Positions 12,513 to 26,133 are shown, counted from the first letter of the stretch. The stretch: DNA of 64,000 bases from Octopus vulgaris (GCA_951406725.2 OX597818.1:84878001-84942000), one strand, 5' to 3'. The notes: generated from the sequence alone by a model not told the origin. Numbers and translations: made by a program.

Positions 12513-13436
12513 TACATAGATATTAGGGAAATGTCATTATTTAAAAGATGGGTTACATTTATATCGTGTACATGTACTTATGCACACACACGCGCGTACA
12601 TGGACGCAAATACTTACCTATACATGCATATATATATATATATCCAAAAATTGGAGCAAGAACGCAATAGATGACAATAAAACATCCAGACAGATAGACA
12701 ATAAAAAGACGGACGGGAAAAACAAGGTCGGGTCATTTGCAGCAATCTCTCATCAGTCAAGTATCCATACAATCACAACTGTTTCGGCCGGTTTCACTTG
12801 AGACTGTTCAACTCTGGCTGGCTCTAAATATCTTATCTAAGAGCAATAAATTCTTTGGGAGAAAGCAAGCGAATGTGTACGACAACAAAGACAAAAGAAC
12901 GGGAAAATGTTACACAATTACAAATATAAATATTAAGAAAATAACAAGTATCTTTAGATCAACAAAGACGAATCAAACTGAACTGGTGTAGAGTGAAAAT
13001 TATGAGACATGAACATAGGAGATGAACATAAGAGATGAAAGTCGTGAGAAACGAATATAAGAGATGCTTCGCGCATGTGTGTGTCTGTCCCTGTGCGCAG
13101 ACGAGGCTATTTCCCAGTTTGTTGATAATTTTTCAGTAAAGAAAGTACCTGCTTTTTACTTTTGTAGAATATTCAATGCCATTGATTATTAGGGAAAGTA
13201 ACCGTGTACAGCTCCTCTGAGGAGCGGTCAACAAACTGTGAAATGATCCGTCATGTATCTCCTTTCTTATACATAGGTATCATAGAAAGAAAGTGCTTAC
13301 ATTGTCATTTCACCCATAAGGAGAGTTTTTAATACTTAAGTATATTTCCGTCCTTCTGATTCTATTATTCATGCTATGTTGTTTATTACATACATTGCAC
13401 AAGTAAATGTGTATCTGTATGAATATTTATATGTAC

Positions 13437-13561
<125 letters not shown>

Positions 13562-13676
13562 TGAATAAATTATCCTATGTTTATCGTCAGCATGGAAAAT
13601 TCGTTGAACCGAAACCTTGGTAGCAAATTCACGTCAGAAACACGGTTGAAGCTACCTGTCCAAGGGTAGAAACTCC

Positions 13677-15053
13677 AACTTCTTAGACATTACCCTCAAT
13701 TTGCAGAATAACTCATACTTCCCTTATCATAAACCTTCCACAAATCTTAAGTATATTAGCATTTACAGTAATCATGCCAGGCCAGTTACCGATAATTTAG
13801 TCAAAGACATATCTTTGAGACTGTCTAGATTATCTGCCAATGTCGACATCTTTAACTAAAAGGCAGACTTCTATAACGCCGCCTTGTTAAAAGCCGGTTA
13901 TAAGGAGAAAGTGTCATACATCGATTCAGCTCATTCTAAACCAACATCTGCTTCTCCAGATAGAAAAGTTACTCGTAATAGGAATAGTGATTTCAATTCT
14001 AATAGTGCCAGCAACCCTGTACATAAAATAAATTCTTTGCGGACTAGGGGAGGTAAGCGCCATTCGACACCAAATTTCCAACCCAGAAATTTTCCCCTTA
14101 CTTTCACAAATAACACTAAGCACAATTCAAAGGCCACAAAAAACTGTATCTGGTTCGTAATACCTTTCGGAAAACAAATTAAATCGAACCTTCCCTTGCA
14201 GTTCCGTGAAGCCGTTGCTAGAAACTTTCCCAGAAATTCTAGATATCATTCTATTATCAATTCCCACATAGTTAGAATCGCTTTCTCTAACACTAGAAAT
14301 CTTTCACAAATTATATCTTCTCACAATACCAAGCTGCTAAACAAAGATTCTTCACCTTGGAATTCCAACACTAATCTTGCTAATTCCAACCCATCATACA
14401 ATCATAATAATAGGAATAGTATTAATAGTAATAGCATTGGTAGCAGCGATAGTGTTAACAATGATAATATTAATAATAGTATTAGTCGTGTTAATGACAA
14501 TGGTAATGTTGATGGTAATAACAATAACGGTATTATTGTCGGTGGTATTACTGGTTGTATTACCATTAATAATACTAATAATAATAGAAATAGTGTAGTT
14601 GTTGGCGCTAATAATAATAGTAACAGCAATCATAGCAATAAAAACTTCGTTTCGATCTCGGAGGACAAGCCCAACAGAATTAAATTTTTGTCTAGTAATT
14701 CTAAGATTAAGAATTCTATTTACCAGTGTAGAATTTCTTCCGGTACCGATGTCTTCTTCTATATAAGAGCGTCCATTTCCCAGTTATCCAAGAGAATTTA
14801 TAACCATTATTCAACATTCAGGGGCTAAGTAAATTAGTTTGGCGTCTTAAAGACAACAATATAAATTTCAAGTTAGATTGGTTCATACTGTCTGTATCCT
14901 TTCCTTTTGATAAGGGCAGGAGATTTTGTAACATTTTCAAGTCTGAACTCTTCCATATTCTCTTCGGTAAGGTTCCCCTTGTAAACACACTCATAGAAAA
15001 ATCATACAAATGTAAACACTAGCAGAAACATACTTTCTACTCATATAAATGAT
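13677..15053 (+). pseudogene. Penelope-like RT C-terminus plus GIY-YIG endonuclease (disrupted)
   Basis: NFLDITLNL..YFPYHKP..YISIYSNH..RLSRLS..FYNAALLKAGY, IWFVIPF...IISSHNTKL, IYQC..FYIRAS..KRIYNHYSTF, then LSKLVWRLK..W..C..E..N..CKH; in-frame TAA at 13857, frameshift near 14820. Confidence 0.8.
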
Positions 15054-15330
15054 AACGATAGTCACTGTGGTTTGAACAATTAGCTTAACGTGCACTCCAC
15101 TTCAATAGCGAAATTCTTTCCTAAGCCTTCGAACATTCTTTTAATCAACGTACCCTTCCCTCTCCACTTGTTCCCTACCTATTATTCCTATAACCCTTCT
15201 CTTCCTACTATCTATCTTTGACGTCAATTCTTCTAACGGTTTTTTTAAAAACACTCATTATCGTTTTGTTTACCATGTAGGCAGTCATCGAAATTTTTTG
15301 TTTGTCTTGTTGTCGAGAGAGGTTCCCTTT

Positions 15331-15412
15331 CTTTCCTGATGAGAAGATTGCATAATGCACCCTTTATTCCTTTGGAATGAAACCATGTTGTCTTCGAAAC
15401 ATATGTCGAGAG
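15331..15412 (+). ncRNA. Type I hammerhead ribozyme in the Penelope-like 3' region
   Basis: CTTTC-CTGATGA-GAAGA...TCTTC-GAAA-CATATG-TC-GAGAG: intact core, helix I CTTTC/GAGAG, helix II GAAGA/TCTTC, palindromic helix III, GUC site. Confidence 0.8.
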
Positions 15413-15459
15413 TAAACGAATTTTGTTAACATCTTCGTTCGACTCCATTCTTTCATTTA

Positions 15460-15498
<39 letters not shown>

Positions 15499-15672
15499 GC
15501 ATACATACATATATAACATATATATATACGTGTGTATATATATACATACAAATATGTAAATATATGTATATATACATATATAACATATATATTTGTGTAT
15601 ATATATACATACAAATATGTATGTAAATATATGTATATATGCGTATGTACATATATATATATATATATACTG

Positions 15673-15731
<59 letters not shown>

Positions 15732-16160
15732 TGTATGTATAAGTATAAATACATGCATACATACATATATATGTATATATGTATACAAGTATGTACATGA
15801 AAACATTTAGGGTTTCTCCTTTTCTCCTTATTTTCAAGTAATTTCACAGTCGAGATAAAGAAGAAAAATTTATAAATTTTTATCTACCCAGAATATTTTC
15901 TGGTATGCACAGGGAATATTTAAACATGTGTATTTGTGTACTCCTACTTTACTGCCTACCCACCCACTCTTATCTATCTACCACTCCCCACCCCCACCTA
16001 CCCCTCCATCCCACCTCATTTTTATCTATTTATGATGCCACAGTCTTGGTCTATGGTTATGCAATTTGGGTCATCTTGCACTAAACCTTAGTTGGAGATT
16101 TTATTTATCTGTTGCCGTTTTTGGTGTTTTTGTTGTTTTCTTTTACTCTCCCTATTCTAC

Positions 16161-16327
<167 letters not shown>

Positions 16328-16357
16328 ATTATTATATTATTATTATTTGGTCCATGA

Positions 16358-16572
16358 GGCGGTTATCATGCAGAATCGTTAGCACACCGGACAAAATGCT
16401 TAGCGGCATTTCGCACGTCGTTACGTTCTGAGTTCAAGTTCTGCTGAGGACGGTTTTACCCTTCATCCTTTCGGGATCGATAAATTAATTACCAGTTGAG
16501 TACCGGGGTCGATGTAATCGACCATCACCCTCCCCACAAATTCCAGGCTTTGTGCCAATAGTAGACAGGATT
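16358..16572 (+). mobile_element. SINE family 1 copy
   Basis: Head, B box GAGTTCAAG, central block, tail a. Confidence 0.8.
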
Positions 16573-16582
16573 AGTATAGAAA

Positions 16583-16623
<41 letters not shown>

Positions 16624-16639
16624 CATGCATATATATATA

Positions 16640-16870
16640 TATATATATTATATAAAATCCGTTCTGTCTGTCTGTCTGTGTCTTCTAGGATCTCGGGCAT
16701 TCTCCATCCGATTGCGCTCAAATTTGACATATCGGCGTGTATAAGTCTTGATAAATTACAAAAATCGATTCCAGATGAGAATGCGATCGATAAAGCCGTG
16801 GGAACGTGCATATGTACGCACAAGTACATCAGTCGAAATCCGTCTTTTGCTGGTGTCTCAAATTTAGATT
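16640..16870 (+). mobile_element. Probable 5' part of a non-autonomous Helitron-like element
   Basis: TATATAAAA..(CTGT)n..CCGATT..AAATTTGACA architecture mirrors the 5' end of the element at 32179-32561. Confidence 0.4.
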
Positions 16871-16988
16871 AAATCAGTGTTTCTCAAAGGGGATGCCTAT
16901 GGGACGGTTGGACAAGTTGTTTTGAGAAAATTTGGTTTAAATGTTTAACAACTCAGCACCGTCCATTGGACGGTGTGCGTTTTGCTCG

Positions 16989-17067
<79 letters not shown>

Positions 17068-18104
17068 CTATATATCCTTAGATTAAAATCAATATCAGAA
17101 TTAGGTCCGCCTGTGCTCTTGTGCACTTTAGGTAGTAAGTTCTATTGGCTGCAGTTTTCGTTGCATTTGACCAGATGATATTAGACTCTCTCTCTCATGT
17201 TCTGGGCCATATTGTTTTCAGTCTTTTTATTTTCTTTTCTGATGATATCTTTTTCTTTTTTTAAGGGCTGTTTTGGAATGTCGTTGTTCTGGTAGTCCGT
17301 CTATATGCATAAGCTTTGTTCTGTGATAATTCCACTAAGTGGTCCTGTGTTGGATCTCTTTAGAATGTATTCATTAGTTATGTGGTGTTGCAGGTAAGGT
17401 TTCAAAATCCTTCTCAAGCATATTTGGTGGAACACATCTAACATTCTTTCAATTTTCACAGGGCTCCTCCTAATCTCACTGGCACAGAGAACTATTTGTA
17501 GAACAATGCTATTATAGGACCCGATTTATGTGTGTAGATCGACAGTGTTGGAGGATCAAATACCGCACGTTCTCGGGAATACAGCTGTGTATATCATTTA
17601 TGATGTGTACTTGCTATAATATTTTATCTCAAAGAACTTTTACGTTAAAAACCACAGGCCTTCGCTCAGAACGGTAGTGGCTCATCAGACGGCATCTTTC
17701 GATATTGGGGCAAAACTTTTTCGGCTTGGCTTAGAACATCCGAGGATGTTTGGTGCTGAAGAAACCTATTCAGGCTGAAACGGCGGTGATTTACTGGCAT
17801 TCAATGTGAAGACATGTTTTTTAAGACTCATGTTTCCCTGAGACAAAATATATCTTGTACTGTTTCACGTTTGTATACTCAGTATATATGTTACACACAC
17901 CAGTATTTTATATTCGTAATTTTAATACACATGCATGGCATATTCTGTAAGGTGGAGAAATCCTTGCATTTGTAGATAGTAAGAGAAACCCTACCGAAAA
18001 AATGAGCTCTTAACAGGATTTCATAGATATTACTGTTCTGGTTCTTACTTATATAGTTTGTTTATAATAATTTCATGTTTTGGTCAATATGCATTGTTCT
18101 GACT

Positions 18105-18740
18105 CCCACTGTTTGCTGTGCACATTACAATATATTGTCAGTTAGCAGATATCAGCACGCATCAAGAAATAATTTGTTTGGTGAAGATACAAACCATATA
18201 CACAAGAGCCTCAAACTCTTGTTAGATTTATTAGTTCAGAGAGAGATTTGGCTAAGGTGGTACAATGATGTCAAAATACATGAATCGAGTGTCTTATGAA
18301 CACATATTTGTGTTGAAGAAGTTGTTTTCCAGTGACGAAATACAAGAGTGATTAGTATGCTCAAGTTCGAATCGGCCGGAACATATTAAAACCGAATTAG
18401 TTTGTCAAAGTTCTGATTCTGTGCTGAACATGCACATAATGTTTTATAGCTGTTTGGCAGATATCTATACACATAGCAAATAATTGGTTTGCTCACTTTA
18501 AGAACAACAGCCAAAACTTCTTGCTAGATTCATTAGTCCGGGAGAACTGTGACTGAAGAGGCACAAAGATGTCGAAACAACGGGTGTCCTAAAGCCCCCG
18601 TATACCAATGAATCGAGTGTTATGAACATACATACGTCTCAATGAAGTTGTTCTCCAATGGTGCAATACAGCATTTATTACCATATTCAAATTCGAAGCT
18701 GTCAGAATGTATTAAGAATGAATATGAATGCCATCGTTCT
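18105..18740 (+). repeat. Degenerate tandem dimer, ~310-330 bp unit
   Basis: Shared blocks GCAGATATC, AAATAATT-GTTTG, CTTG-TAGATT-ATTAGT, ATGAATCGAGTGT, GAAGTTGTT-TCCA recur ~310-330 bp apart. Confidence 0.75.
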
Positions 18741-19463
18741 AGAGTTTGGGCGGTTTTTCTTCAAATTCTCATCACCACTTTCACCAACATCGTCATCGTG
18801 ATCTCGTTCGTTGTCATCGTTTTTGTTGTTGTTGATTTCGTTGTTGTCAGCACGCTATCACCGTTCCTTTGTGTAACTTCAGTCCATTAACTTACTACCA
18901 TTTTATTTTCAAACATACGGGTTGGGGTGGTGGTGAAAAGCAGGAAAGTAAGAAAGGACAGAAGTCAAAAGGGAAATGGGAGAAAGATGCGACGAGGTAA
19001 AGAGAAATTAAGAGAAAGTAATAGGAGGGGAAAAAAGGAAAGTGGGAAGGAGATTTCTAAAATAATTTTTCGAAAATATCCCATTTCCTGTCCCTGAACA
19101 TGTACATCTGGATATGATATCTTCCTAGGTTGACTGTTACAACAAGTACATACTTCGTGTAAAACATAGATGTTGCTGATAATCTCATATACATTCCTCT
19201 TTCTCTTTTCTCTTATTTTTTTATTATTACGCTTTGCTATTTTCTATCAGTTAAGTTTTCTTTTTATTTTCGTTTTATAGCGAAGGACCAGGGGTAGGGT
19301 TCGTATTTAATTTTATTTTGACTTTATTGTATTTTTTTTTAAGGTTTGTGCTCTTTTTTAGTAATATTTTTTTTTTATTTTACCTTTGCTGATTTTGTTA
19401 TTGGCAGTTTCTTGTCCTTGTGCTTCTTGTTTCCGTGTAAATATGGAAAACTAAGAATATATA

Positions 19464-19874
19464 GTGACGTATATTTGCCATTTAAATATGGCTAACTCCT
19501 AAGGGTGGATGCTACTGTAGTTTGTAGCCCCAGGAGGACACCTCCTCCAGCTGGCTATAGACACACTTTCTGTGTCCTATCAGTATTTGCAAAGGGAAGC
19601 CATCCTTCTCGTCTTCAACTTATGATACACGCGGACTCGAGTTTCTGGGTATTGACCCGTCATCGGTGTGTGACAATCACAGTTGTCGATGAGAAGTAGA
19701 TTCCCTTCACAAATACTTATACCTTTTTTTCCAGTATCGATAGACACTGATATCGAAAAAGTGTAAACAAGCAATAATAAATCTCAGAGCGAGATATAAA
19801 CAGTAGCTACAACACATCGTGACGTATATTTGCCATTTAAATATGGCTAACCCCTAAGGGTGGATGCTACTGTA
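19464..19874. repeat. 56 bp direct repeat pair 355 bp apart
   Basis: GTGACGTATATTTGCCATTTAAATATGGCTAAC(T/C)CCTAAGGGTGGATGCTACTGTA at 19464-19519 and 19819-19874. Confidence 0.9.
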
Positions 19875-19879
19875 CCATT

Positions 19880-20080
19880 CAGGTGGCAAAATGAATAGTA
19901 ACTGTATTTTAAGGGGCCAGCCTCGTCACACTCTGTGTCATGCTGAATCTCCCTAAAAAGTATGTGAAGAGGTACGCGTGTCTGTGGATTTCCCAGCCAC
20001 TTGCACGTTAATCTCACGAGCAAGCTGATCCGTTGATCGGATCAACTGGAACCCTCGTCGTCGTAAGCGACGGAGTACCG
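19880..20080 (+). mobile_element. 3' part of SINE family 3
   Basis: Matches the 3' halves of 26134-26418 and 33795-34110. Confidence 0.75.
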
Positions 20081-20476
20081 GTATATATTGTTGTCTAAGC
20101 ACCGATTTCACTGAGGAGACACAGACAATTATTGAATTGTTCCTGTTGAAACCTTAAGGTATGGAATTAAGTGCTATCTTTATTTCTTTTCATTTGTCTT
20201 GCTCGAAAACATCAAGCGTCTTACTAGTTGAGAACACAGATTTAGTGGTCCCTGCCGTATTCTTGGGATATTCTTTTGTTTGTCAAATTATGCTTCATCT
20301 GATGATTACGGTTTTTGGTAATGAACAAATTTTCTCATTCTTCCATAGTAAAATGCGTAAAATACAGCTGTAATGAGCTGACAATTATCCATCCTGTGTT
20401 GTTATTCTTTACAACTTGATGAACACCTGAGAGTATACAACAACGTACAATTCGGTGCTTTGGTCCAGCCCTTAGG

Positions 20477-20541
<65 letters not shown>

Positions 20542-20702
20542 CGCATAGCAAATATTCATCTCCACTTAAAAGAGGATGCTGTGTTAGAACACAGAATACT
20601 GAGATAATTACCATGAGAGGCCGTCTCATATGGACTTGTGGTGCATATAAGCACTCGATCGCTGCCGGTACTACCTTATCACGTGATTTCGATGGTAGAA
20701 GA

Positions 20703-20760
<58 letters not shown>

Positions 20761-20762
20761 AC

Positions 20763-20822
<60 letters not shown>

Positions 20823-20865
20823 GTATATATATGTATGTATGCTTGCATGCATGCATGTATGTATG

Positions 20866-20914
<49 letters not shown>

Positions 20915-21099
20915 TCTTTTATTTATGTATATTCAGTTAAACATTCATAATCCAGAGAAGCGAAACCTGGATTTAACCAGCGAATAAATACAATGTGATT
21001 GCTTACCTCAAGTAATTTTAGATACTCATTACAACTCGATGCGGTTGGCCTAAATTTGGATTATAACTAAATGTTTAAATGGTACCTGCCTGGATATAT

Positions 21100-21214
<115 letters not shown>

Positions 21215-21768
21215 TGAAAGTCAAATGCCAGATCATCCGTAGGGCGTTGGCTAAGATGGCTCACATTGTCTATTCAAAACCGCTACGTTCTGAGATCAAA
21301 ACCCCGCCAAAGACAACTTTGTCTTTCGTCTCTTTTACGGACGATGACAAAGGCACCAATCCCAGATGAAAGAATGGCAGAATTAGTAGAATTTTTTGAA
21401 GGAGTGTCTTGCAGTATCTATTCCGGATTTGTCCGTCTGACGGAAACGTCTCCGACAATAATGGTGCTGAATCTTACCATTCCTGTTGGCACCACAATTT
21501 GCGTGGGGAGGGAGAATCTGCTTGCATGAGAAAATGATAGGGTTCCAATAAATAAAGCATTAAGTAGAACTATGTCTAAAAGAGGACTTTTCCAGATGCA
21601 TCTATTCCGAACATCTGTATAACAGACGAAATGTCTGTGCGTGTGTGTGCGTGTGTGTGTGTGTGCGTGCGTGTACGTGTATGTGTGTGAGCGTGTATGT
21701 GCGTGTGTGTGTGCATGGATGCTTCTGTGCGCATGTTATTGTATTTGTCTCTCACTTTTCTTTCTTCT

Positions 21769-21867
<99 letters not shown>

Positions 21868-22744
21868 AAATATATGCGTGAAAATGTGTGCATATATGTA
21901 TCTGTTTGAGCATGTGTGTTTGTATGGTTATCTCTCTCTCTCTTTCTCTCTCTCTCTCACACACACTCTTACTCACTCTGTGACCCTTTCTCGTCTCCCT
22001 CTATGTATCTCTATTTGATCTTGTTTCGTATGGTCACACCCTAACCTTATACACACCCGCGCTGACACACCGGCACACTCGCGCGCGCACACACACACAC
22101 ACACACAGACACACACGTTTACATGTTATGTTTGTGTGTATATGTGCGTGTGTATGGGTGTAGGCGTGTGTGTGTGAATGTGTGTGTGCGTATGTGTCTA
22201 TATGCTTGTGTCTGTGCGCGCGTGTGTGTGTGCGAGTACAAGCGTGTATGTGTGTGCGTGTGTGTGTCTGCGTTTATGTGTGTATGAGTGTGTGTTCCTG
22301 TGTGTATGTGTGAACCAAGACATTATCTAAGTAATCAAAGGGACAACCCGTAGCCTTCATCATAAAAACATATGTAACAACATATGGTATTCGTGGTGCT
22401 AGGGATTGTGAATGGCGAGATGGAGGCAACTGCGGTGGAGTGTTGAGGGAGAGAGAGATATGTACTGATAATAATAATAATAATTACACACTAATAAACG
22501 AATATATAGGGAGAAAAAAGTGATTTCACACATGGATGCACTTACACACACACACACACACACGCATATACACGTGAGAAATCTAGTTGTTATCAAACAC
22601 ATAATGTACGTTTCCTTTTTACTTTCGCACTATCTCCCTCTCTCGGTAAGTGTGTGTGTATCTATATATGTGTGTGTATGTGTGTGTGAGTGTGTGTTCT
22701 ACAAATACATTAATGCCAACAGATATACATGTATGACTCAACAC

Positions 22745-22792
<48 letters not shown>

Positions 22793-23524
22793 CTGTTTGT
22801 TATCATATCAAGGCGTTGCACCAGCATGGCCGTAATCAAAACAACTGAAGCAAGTAAAAGGTAAATGATAATACAGCCTTCATTTCTTTCACTCCTCCCC
22901 TCTCTCTCTCCTCCCTGTCAATCTATCTACTTATCTATCTATATTCTATCTCTCTCCCCTTGCACTTTACAAAATGACTTTACGATGTTTCGTCGTACAT
23001 TCGTTCTGAGATCAAATTCCGCTGAGGCTGACTTTGACTTTCATCCTTTCGGGGTCGATAAAATACGTTCCAGTTGAACATAATCCAATCGACTTAGTCA
23101 ATCCAATCGGCTTAGTCTTCTCCTCGAACTTACTGGCCTTGTGCTAAATTTTACAAACATGTATACATACATGAATGTGTAATCAGACATATACGTACAC
23201 ATATTTTACTCTCTCATCCATACATTCACACATAAGCATGCACTCACACATATGTACACACTCATGACCCAAAATGGCCGCAGCTCTCGAGCTGAAACTA
23301 GTTAAGGACAAAGGATATTCAACGGCCAGTGAAGGAACCTCACCGATATAGTTTGTGGGACCTCTCGACTGCATTTAAATTTGAAACCTCATGCTAACGA
23401 AATATCTCCAAGCTTCCACATGTAAAAACTACTTTAAGCCTTAAGACCAAAACGTTACGCACGTCATCATCTATTTTATGCACTACACGGCATGAACAAG
23501 AAAAACTGAAAGACGTTTAAATAT

Positions 23525-23965
23525 TTTTCTACTCTAGGCACAAGGGACGAATTGTTTTTTTGTTTTTTTTTTGTGGTGGAGTGCAGTCGATTAGATCGAC
23601 CCCAGTACGCAACTGGTACTTAATTTATAGACCTCCGAAAGGATGAAAGGCAAAGTTGACTTCGACGGAATTTGAACTCAGAACATAACGGCAGACGAAA
23701 TACCTCTAAGCAATTTCGCCCGGCGTGCTAACGTTTCTTATTTCTTTATCGTACACAAGGGGCTAAACATGCGACAAACAAGGATAGACAAAAGGATTAA
23801 GTCGATTACATCGACCCCAATGCGTAACTGGTACTTAATTTATCGACCCAAAAAAGATGAAAAGCAAAGTCGACCTCGGCGGAATTTGAATTCAGAACGT
23901 AGCGGCAGACGAAGTACCGCTAAGCATTTCGTCCGGCGTGCTAACGTTTCTGCTAGCTCGACGCC
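23525..23965 (-). mobile_element. Tandem or nested pair of SINE family 1 copies
   Basis: Two central blocks; same layout as 10910-11305. Confidence 0.8.
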
Positions 23966-24289
23966 TTCAAAGGCATTTAAATATTACAAAGCCTTACTGT
24001 GATTTAAATTAAAATGTAATCACTTTCTCTCTGTATTGCTGATGAGCGGAAAAGAGAGGAAGGGTAATTTCTTATGGACTGTTTCGCGATTTGTGTACCG
24101 CTTCTCAGAGGAGACATACGCAGCTTACTTCTACGTTATCCAGGCGGGTACCGTAATAGATCTTAGGTATATTTCAGGTTACAGCTAACGGTAGCAAGTA
24201 GTAATAGACAATAATGATCACTTATTATGAACAATCACGCTGTAATTCTTCTGAGGGGTTATTCCGGGTTCGCTTCGTTGGATTGTGGA

Positions 24290-24523
24290 TATTTATTTCT
24301 TCATTGCTCAGAAGGGGCTTAACGTAGAGGGGACAAACAAGGACAGACAAAGGGATTAAGTCGATTATATTGACCCCAGTGCGTAACTGGTATTTATTCA
24401 ATCGACCCCGAAAGTATGAAAGGCAAAGTCGACCTCGGTTGAATTTGAACTCAGAACGTAACAGCAGACGAAATACCGCTAAGCATTTCGCCCAGCGCGC
24501 TAACGATTCTACCAGCTCGCCGC
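24290..24523 (-). mobile_element. SINE family 1 (tail b)
   Basis: Colinear with 11075-11305. Confidence 0.8.
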
Positions 24524-24600
24524 CTCGAGACTACTGAATATTATGAGGAGTGTAAATTTCAAATGTATTCTTTGCAATCGTTTAAAATTTTCAGCCTTGA

Positions 24601-24707
<107 letters not shown>

Positions 24708-24709
24708 TG

Positions 24710-25143
24710 GGAAATAGCAGTCAATAACCGCACGACGCTATGTAAAGCTTCAGTGAATGTAATGAGGTAAAGATGTGTGCGGGCGGCGGACATAAAAAAT
24801 TTCCGTCTTACCTCTAGGAAGAACGCCCGATAAATGGATAACCTAGTACTCGAGTTTCGGACTTTCTAGAATACGTTTGCTATCGTAAATCTGGTTAGTC
24901 TTCTTCAGCTAGGTTCACCGAAGACGAAATTTAAAATATCCGCTACATCAATGCCTATATATTCGATTGGTACGCCTAACCATACACAGAACCGCGATCA
25001 GTAAAACTATTATTACAAACAATGCCGATATATTCCTAGGAGTAAGACGAAAAATTTTTTAGGTGCGCTGCCGCACACATCTTCGCCTCTATACATTCAG
25101 TGAAGCTTCACATAGCACCGTACGGTTATCGACTGCTATTTCC
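24710..25143. repeat. Long imperfect inverted repeat (foldback or MITE-like element)
   Basis: Arms 24710-24820 and 25033-25143 are imperfect reverse complements (GGAAATAGCAGTC-ATAACCG...CGTCTTAC..CTAGGAA). Confidence 0.85.
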
Positions 25144-25264
25144 AGCAAACATTGGTGCCTTGTGCCATTATTTCCTATTAACCATTCTACCTTTACGGTG
25201 CTTTATTTAACTGGAAAATAATTCTGTTGTATTGCAATAATATATATGTATATATATATATATA

Positions 25265-25541
25265 TCACCGTGACCGACCAGGCTATCAGATGTTGCTAAA
25301 CATCGGTGGTCAAAATGCACTTTGCATTGTTTTTAGCCTTCAAGTGACGCTGGCTAGGCGAGCAGGCCAACAGAAGAAAGAGTAAGAGACGGTTGTGGCG
25401 AAAGAGTACAGCAGGGATCACCACCACCTCTGTCGGAGCCTCGTGGAGCTTTATGTGTTTTCGCTCAATAAACACTCATAACACCCGGTCTGGGAATCGA
25501 AACCGCGAGTCCGCTGCCCTAACCGCTGGGCCATTGCGCCT

Positions 25542-25544
<3 letters not shown>
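25265..25544 (-). mobile_element. tRNA-derived SINE family 4, in (TA)n
   Basis: Minus-strand head GGAGGCGCAATGGCCCAGCGGTTAGGGC...GGTTTCGATTCCC; second copy at 31975-32157. Confidence 0.8.
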
Positions 25545-25588
<44 letters not shown>

Positions 25589-25661
25589 TATATAAATATA
25601 TATATATGTACTGAAATGTTTTTTATAAAATTATTTTAGCAGTTTCTATCTTGACTTTTTT

Positions 25662-25697
<36 letters not shown>

Positions 25698-26133
25698 AAC
25701 TGGGACAAGAACGCAAAACATTTAGAAGACGATGCAAAAAACAGGGACGAGACATTCGAAGCCTTCAATCTTCAGTCAAGAACCGGATCTCCTCGCAAGC
25801 ATTCGTAAGCTTCAACTGACTTGAAAGATTCGTGGGCAACATCATATACAAGATGAGCCAACGACTGAAGACGCCGAGCAGTTACTCGAATTTAAAGAAA
25901 TAGCAGCCAGATCTACCGCTTAAATCAAGAATGATACATTCGACAATATAGTCCCTAACAGACAAAAGCAGTTGTGATGGTGACGAATGGCAACGCCTTT
26001 AATCAGAAACTTACTCGATCGTGGCTTTTGCGAGAGTACGCAAAAAACAATAGTAACAATATCCACATTATGAACGTAGCAGAGCAATGAAAAGCGCAAT
26101 TATGGGAATTTACAACTGGTGGAGACATAAGTG

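Noticed and set aside
12640-12960. CTGATGA/CTGAAGA motifs on the minus strand here and at ~25770 as hammerheads
   Set aside because: No helix II followed by GAAA could be formed; probably related repeat fragments only
17680-17700. CTGATGA on the minus strand at ~17682-17688
   Set aside because: Followed by a poor helix II and GAAG rather than GAAA; likely chance or too decayed
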